DNA from: Lama glama
Taxonomy: Eukaryota
Reading direction: 5' to 3'
Assembly: GCA_028534125.1 (NCBI GenBank)
Contig: CM052816.1
Span: 44,394,001-44,458,000, forward strand
Length of the DNA: 64,000 nucleotides
The position numbers were made by a program, and so were the translations under genes. Below the pieces are notes generated by a model. That model was not told the origin of the DNA. It ran no database searches and saw only the letters and a list, made by a program, of their open reading frames with translations. Below are positions 1 to 11,350 of this stretch, piece after piece; within the stretch, counting starts at the first letter, position 1; each line of letters opens with the position of its first letter.

Positions 1-1614
1 CAGTCAATTAAATGATAAAATCTCTGACATGTTCAATTAATACCTGGTGAGAGTCTTGATTTTACCATTTTGAAAATTTTATTTTAACAAGGTGCCTGCC
101 TTTTGTATAAGATCTAGTTGATCTTATATAAATTCCTGAACTGCAAAATAAAGTATTCTTAACATTCATTATAGTAAGATGGCTTCTGGAAGCCAGAACT
201 CCTCATTTATTTTAGCAAAAAGAAAAGCAAATAGAGAATATTTTTCAAGAGTCTGGGCTTCCAAAACAAATCTATCCATTCTGAAATGCCTGAAAGTGAG
301 GGTATGCTGTTTCCTTGGTTTCCTATGCCTTTAACTCTGGTTTGGAGCAGTCAGATTGTATGATTTTTGGATAATGATTTTTGCTAGTTAACCTGAAATG
401 AAAGTATACACATTGTTTGCAGAGTTGATGGTAAATATAGTTGAACACCCACTGTGCAGTTTACAAGATCCAGCTGGTTATTATACGCTTTTATGAATAG
501 TCAATAAAACTTAATAGATACCCATTTCTAGTACCTTACTCCCAGAGCCACCATCAGGTGGAAAATCAGCCCACTTGGAAGAGAATGTTACATCATTTAA
601 TCACAAACCCTGACAATCCTAGGATCTGGTATTCACTAGTGACACCTGTGAGTGAAAACATAGGAACTAAAGATATGTGTAGGCTTGAGTAGTGTGATAA
701 TTGAACATATTGGTATAAAATTTTTCTGAAAATGTCTGAAATTTTACCAAATCCTCTTGAATACATTCTGTAAGTTTCTTACTTATTGATTACTTAGGTG
801 GTTATATAAACCAACTTTAAGAATCATTTCATTATGAACTGATCAGAGCACCAGTTTAATAAGATAGCTTGTTCAAGGAAAATTGTATATATAAGCTATA
901 TTTAGATGATGAAAATATTGATTATAAACAAATATATTAATTGATAAATCCTAACAAATAATTTATTTCTGAATATAGTTGGTATACTTGTACTTTTCCA
1001 AAATGCTATAAATTCTGATTTTAAAATTTGCTACTTGAAACTTTCAACCCACCAAAATTTGCTAACTACTTGGTTAAATAATTTAACTCTCTCTCCTTTT
1101 ACTCTCGGCACAGAAACAGCACTTTATTCTCAAAACACATTGCAGATTGGATGATGACATATTTCACAAAGGCTAAATAAAACAATTATTTAGTGATTGC
1201 TACCACTACACTTCACTTGGAGGTAAACGATTACAGCAGATTTAGCAGGCATGCTGAATTATAATCTGGAAAGGGCAAACTGGTATTGACACCATCAGCA
1301 GAATCCAATTGGAGATTTCTAAGCTGCACTGCCCTCTCCCTTTGCAGAGAGAAGTTTATAATTTAAAGTAACAATAACAATAATCATAATGCCAGTAGTT
1401 AAGATGACTGGTTGGCTTTCTAGTAGGAAAAAAACAATAAAGGTAATTATGTATTTTTTAAATTTTATCAGGCTATGACATTTCCTTTGAAAATAAATAT
1501 AGATAGAATCCAAGTGCCAAATACTTTCTCCTTGCCTTATAGTAGATGTATGTGTTCTCCCTGCACATCGACTATTTTACTGTTATATAGAAATCGCCTC
1601 CCCAGACTTTCATT

Positions 1615-3340
1615 TTTAATGTTTTAAAGTTTTTGCTTAGTATGAAATAATTATTGTTTTCTAAGAAGTTGCAAAGATAGTACAGAGAGGGCCAGTGTAC
1701 TCTTAAACCAGTTTCCTCCAACGGCTACATCTTACACAAATACAAATGGTCCCCAACTCACAATGACTTAAGATTTTTTCCACTTTACAATGTGTGAAAG
1801 TTATATGCATTCCATAGAAACCATACTTGGAATTTTAAATTTTGATAATTTCACAGGCTACCAATATGAGGTACAAACTTTCTCTGACACTAGCAGCAAC
1901 AGCGAGCCACAGCTCAGTCAGCCACACATTCCCAAGGGTGAACAACCACGACACTTACAATCACTCTGTATCCACCCAAGCATTCTGTTTTTCCACTTTT
2001 GGTGCATTCAAATTCATGTATTGAATATATTACATGAGATATTTAACAATTTATTATAAAGTAGACTTCGTCTTAGAAGATTTTGCCCAACTGTAGGCTC
2101 ATGTAAGTATTCTGAGCACATTTAAGATAGGCTAAACTAAGCTATGTTTGGTAAACTACATGTATTAAATGCATTTTTTTTACTTATGTTAGTTTCAGAT
2201 TATGATGGGTTTATCAGGACTTAAGCCCACTGTAAGTCCAGAAAGATATATATAGTGCAATATCCAAACCAGGAATTTGACATTGGTACAATGTGTATGA
2301 ATAGTTCTATGTCTTTTGATCACATGCGTAGGTTTGTATAACCACAGCTACTACCGAGGTATCAAACTATCCCCTAACTACAAAGACCTCCTTTTTGATA
2401 TCCCTTTACAGTCATACCCTCCTGCCTCAGCCATCCTTAACCCTTAGAAAGTACTAATCTATTTTCCATTCTTATAACCTTATTATGTTGATAGTGCTAT
2501 TTAGATGGAATCATACAACATAAATTATTTTTGAGACTGGAATTTTCCACTAAGCAAAACACTATTGAGAGCCCTCCAATCTGTTGTGTGTATCAATGTG
2601 TATTCTTTCCTTTTTAATTGCTGAGTAGTATTGGTGATATAGATGTACAATAGTTTGTTTAGCCATTCATCTATTGAGGGAAAATGAATTTGTTTCCAGT
2701 TATGAGCTATTAAAATAAGCTGCTGAGAGCAAACACATACAGGTTTTTGTGAAGATCAGGCTCCATTTCCTTGGGTTAAATGAGCAAGAATGCAATTGCT
2801 TGGTGATATGTTAAATGCATGTTTAGCTTTTAAGAAATTGTCAAATTATTTTCTGTACCATTTTACATTCCCATCAATGATATACAAGAGATCCAGTTTC
2901 TTTGCATCTTTACCATCAGTTGGTATTAAATACTAGTTTTTATTTTGCCTGTTCTAAAACTGTGTAGCAGCATCTCATCATGGGCTTAATGGCTAGTGAT
3001 GTAGTGATATTGCACATCTTCATATGTGCTTATTTCCCATCTGTGTATTCTCTTCAGGGAAATATCTCTTCATGTCTTTTGACCGCTTTATATCTGGATT
3101 ATTTATGTTGAGTTTTGAGAGCACTTGTCATATTCTAGATATGAGTTCTTTATCAGATATGTGTCTCACAAATAGTTTCTGCCAGTCTACAGTTTGTCTT
3201 TTCATCTACTTAACAGGGCCTTTCCCAGAACAAAAGATTTTAACTTTGATGAAGTCCAATTTATTTTTCCCTTACATAGGTCACTCTTTTGGTGTCATGT
3301 CTAGGAAGTTCTTCATCAAGCCCGGGGTCCTCAAGATTTT
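1615..3340 (-). mobile_element. Old L1 (L1MB/L1MC-type) 3' UTR and ORF2 end, interrupted by MER6
   Basis: gaagttgcaaagatagtacagagagg...aaccaggaatttgacattggtacaat and the downstream antisense ORF2-like text match old L1M 3' ends; the L1 sequence resumes after the insertion at ~2250. Confidence 0.85.
1743..2250 (-). mobile_element. MER6-type TcMar-Tigger DNA transposon
   Basis: TA-flanked; degenerate TIRs caaatggtccccaactcacaatg / cactgtaagtccagaaagatat; internal ttttgcccaactgtaggc...ctgagcacatttaag...atgggtttatcaggac matches recalled MER6. Confidence 0.8.
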
Positions 3341-3850
3341 CAACACTGATATTCTGACACCGTGAGTGGGACTTGTTATAGCTCTGAAGGGTGTAAGTTT
3401 AAGCTCTCTAGTTCACGTCTGCTGGAGGAGTGTGGCCTCAGGTTGGGGGTAGGGGTGGGGGTGCAGGTGTGTTTCCTGTGTCATATGGCTGATATAAAGC
3501 ACTTATGCTCAAGTTTTCTGTCCTATTAGGTTGCCCCTTTAGTGATCCTTTTGGCTATAGAGAGTAGGCTATTCTTGTGACTTTTTTTTTTAATATGTAC
3601 TCAATCCTTTTTCTGGGTTGCCAGCTCCACAGGACCCTGTCTCAGATACATAACGTTAAAAGCAAATCCAGGGAACTCACCACTGTGTTTTCCCTTGAGA
3701 TCTCAAGGTCTTTACTTTTATCTGCCTTCTGTCCATTTTTCAGTCTTCTTATGTTCATTTTATATGCCATATCCAAGGTTTTTAGCTGTACGTAACAAGG
3801 GGAATAATGAAAATTACATCTACTCCATCTTCTTAGAAGCAGAAACCTTA
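3341..3850 (-). mobile_element. Old L1 5'-region fragment
   Basis: cagggaactcaccactgtg...catctactccatcttcttagaagcagaaac resembles antisense L1MC/MD 5' ends. Confidence 0.6.
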
Positions 3851-3899
3851 GTTTGCTTTGAATGATCCTGATTTTTCCTCTATTGAATTCCACGTCTGA

Positions 3900-4285
3900 G
3901 TCTGTCATATGTAGGCACTACATCCTCCTGGACATGGTGATTAGTTCAGGTTTTTAAATGTAACCCAAATAAGGCCAATCAGAACTAATCAAGTCCACTG
4001 GATTTTGTGAAACTATTGGAAGTGAAAACTTTCTTTTTAGGATGTTATTAAGCTGAAAATATTTCAGTCTGCAATTATTTTCTTACATGATCAGAGACCA
4101 TACCTGAGAGTGAAATCAACACAGAGGTAACATATGGGCACCGAGTCACTATGCATGGATGACCTGTTTGAGCCCCTGGACCTGGCAGGGTCCTGAATCC
4201 AGCTCTACTGTAGTAAGCCAATATGTCCCAGTTTTACTTTGAGCTAGTTTTTCAGTTTTTGTAATCAAATGAGCCCTGAAAATAT
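3900..4285 (+). mobile_element. Ancient ERVL/MaLR solo LTR (MLT1J/K or LTR16/33-like)
   Basis: gtgattagttcagg...aacccaaataaggccaatcaga core; ends tgtaatcaaatgagccctgaa. Confidence 0.6.
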
Positions 4286-7200
4286 CAATTTCACTCATAT
4301 TCTGTGGAAATCAATCATCCTACTCCCCTGTGAAATATCTCATGGTCCTTCTGTATTGGTGTTTGATATGCCTTGGCTTAATCAAAGCTAACTCTAAAAT
4401 CCTGGGAATACAGACAAACCAGGCAACCTTATCAGACATTTTAAAGATCCTTCCCCATTCAAAATAATTGGAAAATGCTTATTTTTATCTCACAGAAATC
4501 ACTGGGTTATTCCTGATAAAGACCCCAAGACCATGACCTTACGTATAGGCAAAAATAAGCAGTACCTTTCTTGGTATTTGTTAAAAACCAAAAATAATCA
4601 TCCTGCCTTCCAATATTTTACTAATGATATAAATTCTTTAAGTAGAAGGTAATAATATTCTTGAAACAATTAGAAATAAAATACAAATACCCCTAAAGAA
4701 GAAAGTGCCTTTTGGAATCAATGTATGTATATATGTACATTTATATTTAATATATCCTATACTACTGGAAATCCACTCCATTTCACTTTCTACCTTATTC
4801 AGTTCCATTTTATTTTATTCCTTTTTTGCCATTTGTCTTTAATTTTGATTCGCTCCCTATACATTGCCTTTTTACCTTTAATGAGTTGAGACTGTCCAAG
4901 GAGAACATATGCTTTTGTGTAAATACTGACATTAAACATCTGTGGAGTTAGAAACTGAACATTTAAAGAGGAAAAGGAGTTTTTGGAGATCAGAATTAAG
5001 AGCTAAGGGGAGATGATGACCCTAAAATGACTTTCAATTTCGACCAAACATATCAAACTTTCAGCAGGAAGTTTTAATAAAAGTGAGAGAATGCATTTTA
5101 AAGAATTATAAACATGTAAGTCCCATCATAGCTAATTTATTTTTGTGTCCTCAAGCCTGGTATCAAAAATGACAGAGTATCAATACACAGCCATTAGCCA
5201 TGAGCAGGATAACTGACTCAGTGAACGAGGAGTTGGGAGCCTTGAGAAGTCTGAGTTCAGGAGGCTGTAATTTGAAGTTTCTGTACTCATTCTTCCCTTT
5301 TCCTACCATGGCTTGCTTGACATTTTCAAGTTTTTATTTTTGATTATCTACTTATGTTTGCTAAACTCTTGATTTCTCTGTCTAAACTGAAACATGAATG
5401 GCAACTTCCTTATTAGAAAGTCTTGGCAGAGTAATAACCACTCAATTCAGGCCAATGTGCCTTGGACCTGTTTCAGAGACCCCCCCTACTCCACGTCCTT
5501 TTTCTTAGCTTACTCTTAAGAACTGCCACTTTCCTCCTTTTGGTAGCTTACAGGCAGTGAGAGTTAGTACTTTGGTCAGCATTCCTAAGAGTTTGTTAAT
5601 GGAATAACTGTCTGACAAAGGTGGGTGACTCAAGCATGGTTTGGAACATGTGTGAGGAGAAATGGTGGATTGGAAAAGGACAGAACCACAAGATGTGTCC
5701 AATCCATTACCCACTACAATCTTTTCTTTCCCAAGTGCAATCAACAACCCATCTAGCAAGAAGTTTATTGGCAAGGTCTATGAAAGATATGAAATATTTT
5801 TGGATCAGTTTGTGGATATTTTTTTATTATATTAATGAACTGTTTCTAGTCTGTGTATTAAGCTTTCATGTTAATTCTTTCTGAGTTAACATGTATTAAG
5901 AAATCATTTGAACCATAAATGCAAGTGCAAATGAAAGGAGACAGATGATATTATTCTCTATAGTTAAGTGGACAACTTAATTTCCTATCTTTCTATTCAT
6001 TTTTTAATTGCCAGATTTGCTGGAGCAAGTTTTACTTTCAATTTTCATTGGTTAAATTCATTTAAAAATACAATAATACAAAATACATTTCCTCTATGAA
6101 ATCATAAAATCGTAAGTTAAGTCACTTTATTATGATCCTTAATCTGGGTTCTTGTCTACTTGTCTCCTATCACTAAGCATGTTTATCAGCTTGATAATTA
6201 TCCTTCTAGATATTTGTCAATATTTCCTCAAAATGAAAGATATCTGAACTGGCTTTTTAACTGAAGGTTTCTGTTATACTCTTCACCATAACAAAGTTAT
6301 AGATTAGATTAAGAATGAGCAAACTGAACCTTGTTACTCCACTCTAAAAACAAGGAGCCATGGGTATATACACCACAAAGTAGAAATAAAAGTAATAAAA
6401 AGCACAAAGTAATATACAGTAAATCAATGACATTATCAAGTCAATTATATTTTAATGTAAATGTAATATTCAAAAATAATCATTATAAAGTTAAAAATGA
6501 GCCCTTAGATAGGTGTGTGGTGCATAGTAGGTCCTTAATGTCTTATTGTTTTTCTTAATGAGTTATCAACTGCACCTTTTAGGATGCAAAAATAGAGTAT
6601 GTATAAAATAAAGATTCACGTATGACAGTACATCACTGTATCATTAACAAACATTCAGAAAGTCATGTTTTTAAAAAAGTACTAACATTCAGGGGAATGC
6701 GGGCATTTAGATTAAAGTTATCTATCAAAGAAGTCTGAGGGAAAAAAGGGATATAGCATCCTTTGTAACTAACCCCACTGTGCTGGTGTATGTTTTGCAG
6801 TTTCATTGGAGTCATCTACATTTCTTGGGCAAATAAATATTTAAGAACACTAAATATGTTTTTAGCAACATTTAAATAGTCTCTGTAAAACAGACACTAC
6901 TCACAGGATTAAAAACTCGTCCTTCACTTTAAGTTGTCTTTTTTGTTTGTTTTCCAGTCTGTGTAATTTAAATTCTCTCTTTCACCATGTCCATGGCACC
7001 TGGGGTTTGTTATGCACCAAATTTTGAAAGACTGTATTACTTATTATTTCCTCAACAGAGCTTAATGGCTATACTTTATATTTGAAAGTTCAGTACATAC
7101 ATTTTTAAAAATCTCCCATCTTTGCCCCTCCCCTGCTGAGTTCCTGAGCCCTGTATGCCAACTCCCAGCCCAGACTGAATCTTTACAGCTGAGTTTCAAC

Positions 7201-7985
7201 TCAGGCAAACACTTTGCCATGGAAATGCTGATACAGCTTTAATTATAGTGGTGTTAACTGCTCCATTATAATTAGAGATCTGCTGACCCTCTTGACTGGT
7301 TTTGCTTTCAGAACATCATGAGACAGCCTCCTTTTGCCAGCCATTCATCAGCTTTCTTTAAATTCAGTAACAATTTAGTGGTAAATGCGTTCCTTAATAT
7401 AGTTCGTTTGGCTGCTAAGAAGTTGGATGTTCCTCTCAGGTCCTCAATTTTGGGTGCCAAGGGCTTCAAGGACACTGAGTAGATAATTTATGCCACTTCA
7501 TTGTTCTTTAGTCAGACATTTTCCTCAGTCATCCATCCTGGTATTCTTTCCCACATTTAAAGCTATTTGGAGAAGACATTTCTACTTTCCTTTATCCACC
7601 TTATCCCCAGCTCCTAACATTTATTTCAAGAACAGTCTACATGTACTTATTCTGACTACATTCAGTGGAAATGGAAAACAGCTGGTCAGCTTTCTGCAGA
7701 AACTTACTCAGTAAGACAGTGATTCAGACAGTCTACTGTCTCCCTCTCTCTTAATTCTTAACTCGTTTACACTGCCTGGTTTTAAAAACCTTAAATTATT
7801 TATGTTCCTTTTTTTCCCACAAATTGAAGTCTCAAGCAACTGAGATACATTTGGCCACTCAAATAGCACATTTTTCTGGGCAGATTAAAAAACAAGGTTC
7901 CTATGCATATCTGTACTGAGAATCTCATAAAATTATCAGAAAACAATTCACTCTGAAATCAAAGTTGGTAAATCCACATTTACTG

Positions 7986-8152
7986 CAGTGGATCTCAACC
8001 TTTGGCATGCACCTGAATACTTATTCAGAATTCTGATTCAGTAAACCTGCTGTGGAATCCAGGAGTTGGCCTGTGCAGCAAGCATGACCCTCCGTCCCCC
8101 AGCCCCTTGATTCCTGTGTAGGTGGTACATGGTGACACACAGAGAAGGACTG
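7986..8152. mobile_element. MER5-like hAT-Charlie MITE
   Basis: cagtggatctcaacc...agaattctgattcagta...gagaaggactg termini. Confidence 0.65.
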
Positions 8153-8314
8153 TTAATGACTGTTAGATTAGCCAGCTGCAGTTATAAGCCAACCAACAAA
8201 GCCTTTAAACAGTGCTGTGGATAGAGAGGGATTTGAGAATGATCCATGACCAAGTAAACTAGAGTATTTCTCAAGATTTATATGCTCAACTGCATTAAGG
8301 TTTATTTAAGTGTA

Positions 8315-8700
8315 CAATGAGGACCCTTAGCTGCAAATAATGGAAACTGGCTCTGGGTAACTTAAATTGAGAAAGCATTTGTTAGAAAGCTAGTGGGTAG
8401 CACACTGAATTATGGCAAAACTGGAGAACCAGGCTTAGGATATACATAGAAATACAGGTATGAAAAGGAAAGCCAAGAATCAACATAGAATCAACATAGA
8501 ATCAGTGGAGAATGATGTTGCAAGAGCTGTTGCCATTAATACATTTTGACAATGTCCTACCCTCTTCTCTTCCCACCACCACCACCTAGAAGAGCTTCTT
8601 TCTGTTCTTGTATCTTTTATTCATTCTTTGGAGTTTCCAAATTCAGGAGCAACACTTCAGTTAACTGAACCTAGGTCATATGACTGAGACCAGGCTCCAG
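8315..8700 (-). mobile_element. Old MaLR LTR (MLT1J/K-like)
   Basis: ttagctgcaaataatggaaactggctctgggtaacttaa...ctggagaaccaggct...ctaggtcatatg. Confidence 0.6.
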
Positions 8701-9666
8701 CCAGAAAATGGCATCTGTAAATATCAAGTCATGTGTAAATTGTGAAAGGACCAATAGCCCAATAAAGCTACAAATTCTGAATACAAAGCAGGTAGAACAT
8801 CATTGTTATACATAGAATTATCCAAGATTTCTGCTGAAAAGAGTCTTTGTTCATTAGTCAGAATTCACCTACTAGTACTACTGGACTTTCCTCACATGTG
8901 TACAGTTCAAGTATTATCCAAGGATTAGGGTAGGCATTAAATACACATTCTGAGCTCCTCCCCTCCACGACAACCAAGGTGATTTCTCTGCTTGATTTTC
9001 TCCCTCACTTTCCAGCTATTCTGGCAAAGCCAAATTGCATCTGCCAATTATACCTGCCAATAGGAGTGAGCTTTAAGCTTTCTGCTTGAACTCAGTCTTA
9101 CTTAAGACAAAAGTAAATCTTATACAGTGTAGTTCCTTTCTTTCAAGGATATAGTCTCATCTCATTTCTGCCTATTTTCAGTCACTTTTTACTGCCATCA
9201 AATAATTGTTTATATATATTTTGTTCCTAGTTTTTGATTAACTACTCTATTACTGAAATCAGTATTCCTTTTTCTGTATTTTTATATTATTCTTTTATTT
9301 AATAATACTTTTCTCAAATGTTCGATATTCTTTGGTTAATATTATTTATTGCGGGTTGGAAGGTGGCCCCCCAAAATATATAACCACCTGTAACACATGA
9401 ATATAGCCTTATTTGGGAAAAGTTTTTGTAGATGTAATTTAGTTAACAATTTCAGGATGCTCATCTTCGATTATCCAAGTGGCCATAAATATGATGACAG
9501 ATGTTCTTACAAGAGAAACCCAGGAAACTTGAGGCATATAGAGGAGGGATAGGTCATGTGAAGATGGAGGCAGATATTGGAGTTAGGCAGTCACAAGTCA
9601 GGAACACCTGGAGCCACCAGATGCCAGAAAAGTCTAAGGAAGATTTTCTTTTAGAGCCCTTGGAGG

Positions 9667-10238
9667 TGAGACAGGAAGGTGACAGGGCACAGCCATTCAA
9701 AGAATGTTACAGCAATTAACATCAAAATGGTGAAAGATTCAACCCCCATAGGCCTTGAGGCTCAGGATGATGGGAGATTTAACTTCTAGTAGACCTTGAG
9801 CTTTATTATATGCTTACTGTAATAAATTAGCATGGTGAATAACATGCCTACAGGTGCCATGACAGCCCCAAGGCTAGCCACGGAAGGTCAAAGAGCGGGA
9901 AATGGCCAACTACCTGGGAATCCCAGCCCCTTCCCCAGGCTAGTTAGACTGGTCCTTCCACTTGTTTGCATATGAAGCTACCAAAGCCCAGACTGCCAGC
10001 ACTCTGTCTATGGAGTGTGCACCTACTTATAATCTGAGCACCCATTCCCCATACCTCATGGCCTTTCTCTTGCCTTTCAAGGTATCTCTCTGAATAAATC
10101 TACCTTTACTCAACTGTGGCTCGCTCTTGAATTCTTTCCTGAGCAAAGCCAAAGACCCACACTTGGTGGGGCACGTCCCAGGGGCTCAACTGAAGTCTGG
10201 GACATAGCCTTTCTCATGCTCCACATCTGTGCATAACA
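9667..10238 (+). mobile_element. ERV1-like solo LTR (572 bp)
   Basis: TG...CA termini, AATAAA at ~10093 followed by a U5-like ctcgctcttgaattctttcctg...agccaaagaccc; cleanly interrupts the MLT1 element; TSD not clean. Confidence 0.75.
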
Positions 10239-10362
10239 GGGCGTACAGTCCTGCTGATAATTTTGATTTTAGATTTCTTCCCTTCAAAACTATGAGAAAA
10301 TAAATTTCTACTGCTTGAAGCCACTCATTATGCAGTAATTTGTTGCAGCATTCCTAGGAAAC

Positions 10363-10723
10363 TATCTTAGTCTGTTTGGGCTGCTATAACAAAGGACCAT
10401 AGACTGGGTGGCTTATAAACAACAGAAATTTATTGCTTATAGTTCTGGAGGCTAGAAGTTCAAGGTCCAGATGCCAGCATGGTTGGCTTTTGGTGAGGGC
10501 CCTTCTTCATGTTGCAGACTTCTCATTGTATCCTCACATAGTTCAAAGAGGGTGAGAGAGCTCTCTGGGGTTCCTTTTATAAGGGCACTAATTCCATTCA
10601 TGAGAGCTGCATCCTCACGCCCCAGTCATTATCCGAAGGCCCCACCTTCTATTACCATCACACTGGAGGGTAAGATTTCAACATATGCATTTTGAAGGGG
10701 ACTTAAATATCCAGTTAATTGCA
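10363..10723 (-). mobile_element. MLT1A/MLT1A0 MaLR solo LTR
   Basis: tcttagtctgtttgggctgctataacaaa...ttctggaggctagaagttcaag...tttcaacatatgcattttg; 5-bp TSD gaaac/gatac. Confidence 0.9.
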
Positions 10724-11234
10724 GATACTAACAGAACATTTAAGAATGAGTAACAGAAGATTAACTATTAGCTGAAGGCTTTGACTGAGGAGTGTTGTTG
10801 CAGGTTGAGTCATTAGTCTGTGAAATTCAATTGCCAGAAAGAGAGACGGACTTTTCCATAACCTGCATCAACCATTCTAGTTCCTCTAAGATTTTTAATC
10901 TAAATTATCTAGACCAGAATCCTCAAAATATTTGTCCTGAAGATAAATCCCTGTCTTCTGAGACTCAGTCTAGAAGAGTATAAAATAGGCATGTTTATTC
11001 TGGTGGCTTTTGTTTACTTTCTGATTTTGGTACATTTCTAAGTAATTTTTACGTATTAGTACTCTTCTCTCTAAATAACTAAGAATAAGTACAATTACCT
11101 AGAATTCAAAATTTCTAACAGTTACTTTTCCTTTTTTTTTTTAAATTCTTTATTCTCATTTGAAGGTATCTTGAGAGGAAACAGATTCAAATGAAGCTAT
11201 TCCTATCTAAGGGGAAAATACTGCTAGAAAAAAA

Positions 11235-11350
11235 ACCTTGCCCTATTTTATCCATAAGAGAACTGGGATCTGGACGTCTTAATTAACTGATCAAACATAC
11301 CTAACCAATAAGTGGCAATTCCAGAAGCCTAATCCAGGTCTGACTCCATC
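11235..11350 (-). mobile_element. MIR SINE fragment
   Basis: ccctattttatccataagagaactggg...ataagtggca...aatccaggtctgactcca. Confidence 0.6.

Larger units (their letters stand above)
9347..10733 (+). mobile_element. MLT1B/C-type MaLR LTR split by two later insertions (pieces 9347-9666, 10239-10362, 10724-10733)
   Basis: ggtggccccccaaaa...catgtgaagatggaggcaga...ggagccaccaga...agaaaataaatttc...aagccac...taatttgttgcagc...aggaaac. Confidence 0.85.

Noticed and set aside
102..132. 13-bp hairpin tttgtataagatc/gatcttatataaa and other 8-9-bp palindromes (21771-21791, 60839-60860)
   Set aside because: Short AT-rich stems; several are expected by chance in 64 kb
8477..8505. Short tandem duplications (also ~21625, ~25197, ~29775) considered as an array
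   Set aside because: Only 2-3 units and no spacers; ordinary slippage, not CRISPR-like
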